Source: Thermoplasmata archaeon (GTDB taxonomy: Archaea > Thermoplasmatota > Thermoplasmata > Lutacidiplasmatales > UBA184). From it: a stretch of 41,010 nucleotides of DNA. The notes under the pieces are model-generated. The model worked only from the letters and a program-made list of their open reading frames with translations. It was not told the origin of the DNA and made no database searches. The position numbers were made by a program, and so were the translations under genes. Numbering within the stretch: the first letter of the stretch is position 1; each line of letters opens with the position of its first letter. The DNA is taken from the NCBI GenBank assembly GCA_021828085.1, contig JAKATE010000002.1, positions 1 through 41,010 of the forward strand, in the 5' to 3' direction. Positions 40,043 through 41,010 of this stretch are shown one piece after another.

Positions 40043-40423
40043 ATGGCCGAAGGGATCACGGTGGGCCTCCGCCTCACGCCAGGACTGCCGGAGGAAGGGT
40101 TCGTGGCCGAAGCGATCGGCAACCTGGTCGTGTACCGGGTCGAGAAGGAGCGCAAGGAGGGGCTCCAGTGGCAGGTGCTTCGCATCGTGGGATCCGGGGA
40201 CCACCACTACCGGCTGGTCGTGCGCCACCCGGAGCGCTCGCTCGACCTGGGACTGAGCCGCACGGTCGAGAAGGAGATCCTTGAGCTCTCCTCCCTCTCG
40301 CTCGAGCAGCTACGCGAGGAGTTCTCCCGGGCCCAGTCGGAGGGGCTTAAGGCGGTCCCACTCCGTGTCCTGCACGAGACGCCGGACTTCTGGAGCGACA
40401 ACTTCTGGGAATATTTCTACTGA
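40043..40423 (+). CDS. Hypothetical protein, 126 aa
   Basis: ATG start, GC3-rich codon usage, globular composition and an aromatic C-terminus (DFWSDNFWEYFY). Confidence 0.7.
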   Translation: MAEGITVGLRLTPGLPEEGFVAEAIGNLVVYRVEKERKEGLQWQVLRIVGSGDHHYRLVVRHPERSLDLGLSRTVEKEILELSSLSLEQLREEFSRAQSEGLKAVPLRVLHETPDFWSDNFWEYFY

Positions 40424-40742
40424 GGAACTCCGCCTCGCCCGAGGCTCTGTCCGCGGGGGGGTCGCAGAAGGAGAGCGCCGGTAGGAGGGGACCGCGGCGA
40501 AGGCGGGGGGGTCGCGGAGTGCGGGGGAAGGACTTTTTCCGGGAAACGGCGTGCCCTCCGGGAGCGGCCAACCTCCGAGTCCCTCCGACCGTCCGGCGCT
40601 CACCCTGGAGGGCTTCTCTGGCCGGGTCCGCGGGAGTCGCAGACCCTCGTGGGCTGCTCCGGACGTATGGTGGCCCCGGCCCGCGTGCCCGAGCCGCCCC
40701 CCGGTCGTCCCGGGAGGACGTCCACCTGCCGTACGAGAGCCA

Positions 40743-40749
40743 TTAAATA
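40743..40749 (+). promoter_or_regulatory. TATA box (TTAAATA) upstream of a structured non-coding region
   Basis: Consensus-like archaeal TATA box with no convincing ORF downstream. Confidence 0.6.
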
Positions 40750-40772
40750 GGCAAGCAGATTGGACGGCCTTA

Positions 40773-41010
40773 CCTCTGACCCCACCCCTCACGGGGTGGA
40801 GACGGAGGGGACGCCTTACGTTGCGTCGGGGATGCGTGAACCGACGAATCCATTAGGCGTCACAGATGGCCCGAGGGGGCATGGAGCGCCGAGAACCCCC
40901 CCGCGGAGACGCGGGGAGAACTCTCGATGCTGACGGAGAGAACCGACAACCGACGGGCTCCCGGGGCCCAACAGGGCCCCAGAGAGAGCCGATGACTGTA
41001 CGAACCACCC
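40773..41010 (+). ncRNA. Candidate structured RNA, possibly an rRNA 5' leader, truncated by the window end
   Basis: Series of hairpins beginning about 25 nt after the TATA box. Confidence 0.4.

Noticed and set aside
40421-40740. RNase P RNA or SRP RNA candidate (GAGGAACTCC resembles GAGGAAAGTCC)
   Set aside because: The first bases overlap a stop codon, and I could not find the other conserved RNase P or SRP elements.

Overview
A GC-rich archaeal chromosomal segment, most likely from an uncultured Thermoplasmata (Thermoplasmatota) lineage. That assignment is inferred from the unsplit RpoB, a thermopsin-like domain, Thermoplasmata-type surface repeats and archaeal TATA promoters. The window is mostly housekeeping: psmB-aCPSF1, a type E-like SdhA/SdhB/CCG-domain complex, guaAB, alaS, nth, folC, a B12 acyl-CoA mutase, Dph6-like, purL/purS and rpoH-rpoB-rpoA1-rpoA2-rpl30e-nusA. 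The strongest unexplained signal lies outside the ORF track: a tRNA-Lys(UUU) at 30311-30456 interrupted by two non-canonical introns (D-loop and T-loop, with BHL and BHB splice motifs). Other points of interest are an acyl-CoA mutase with isobutyryl-CoA mutase residues and a frameshifted S53 peptidase/thermopsin-like surface fusion. There is also a divergent TFB in an operon with a membrane Zn-ribbon protein and an RHH protein, a probable ACG start for sdhA, and structured non-coding regions at both ends. No CRISPR array, transposase or integrase was seen. All calls come from motif reading by eye, without database searches.
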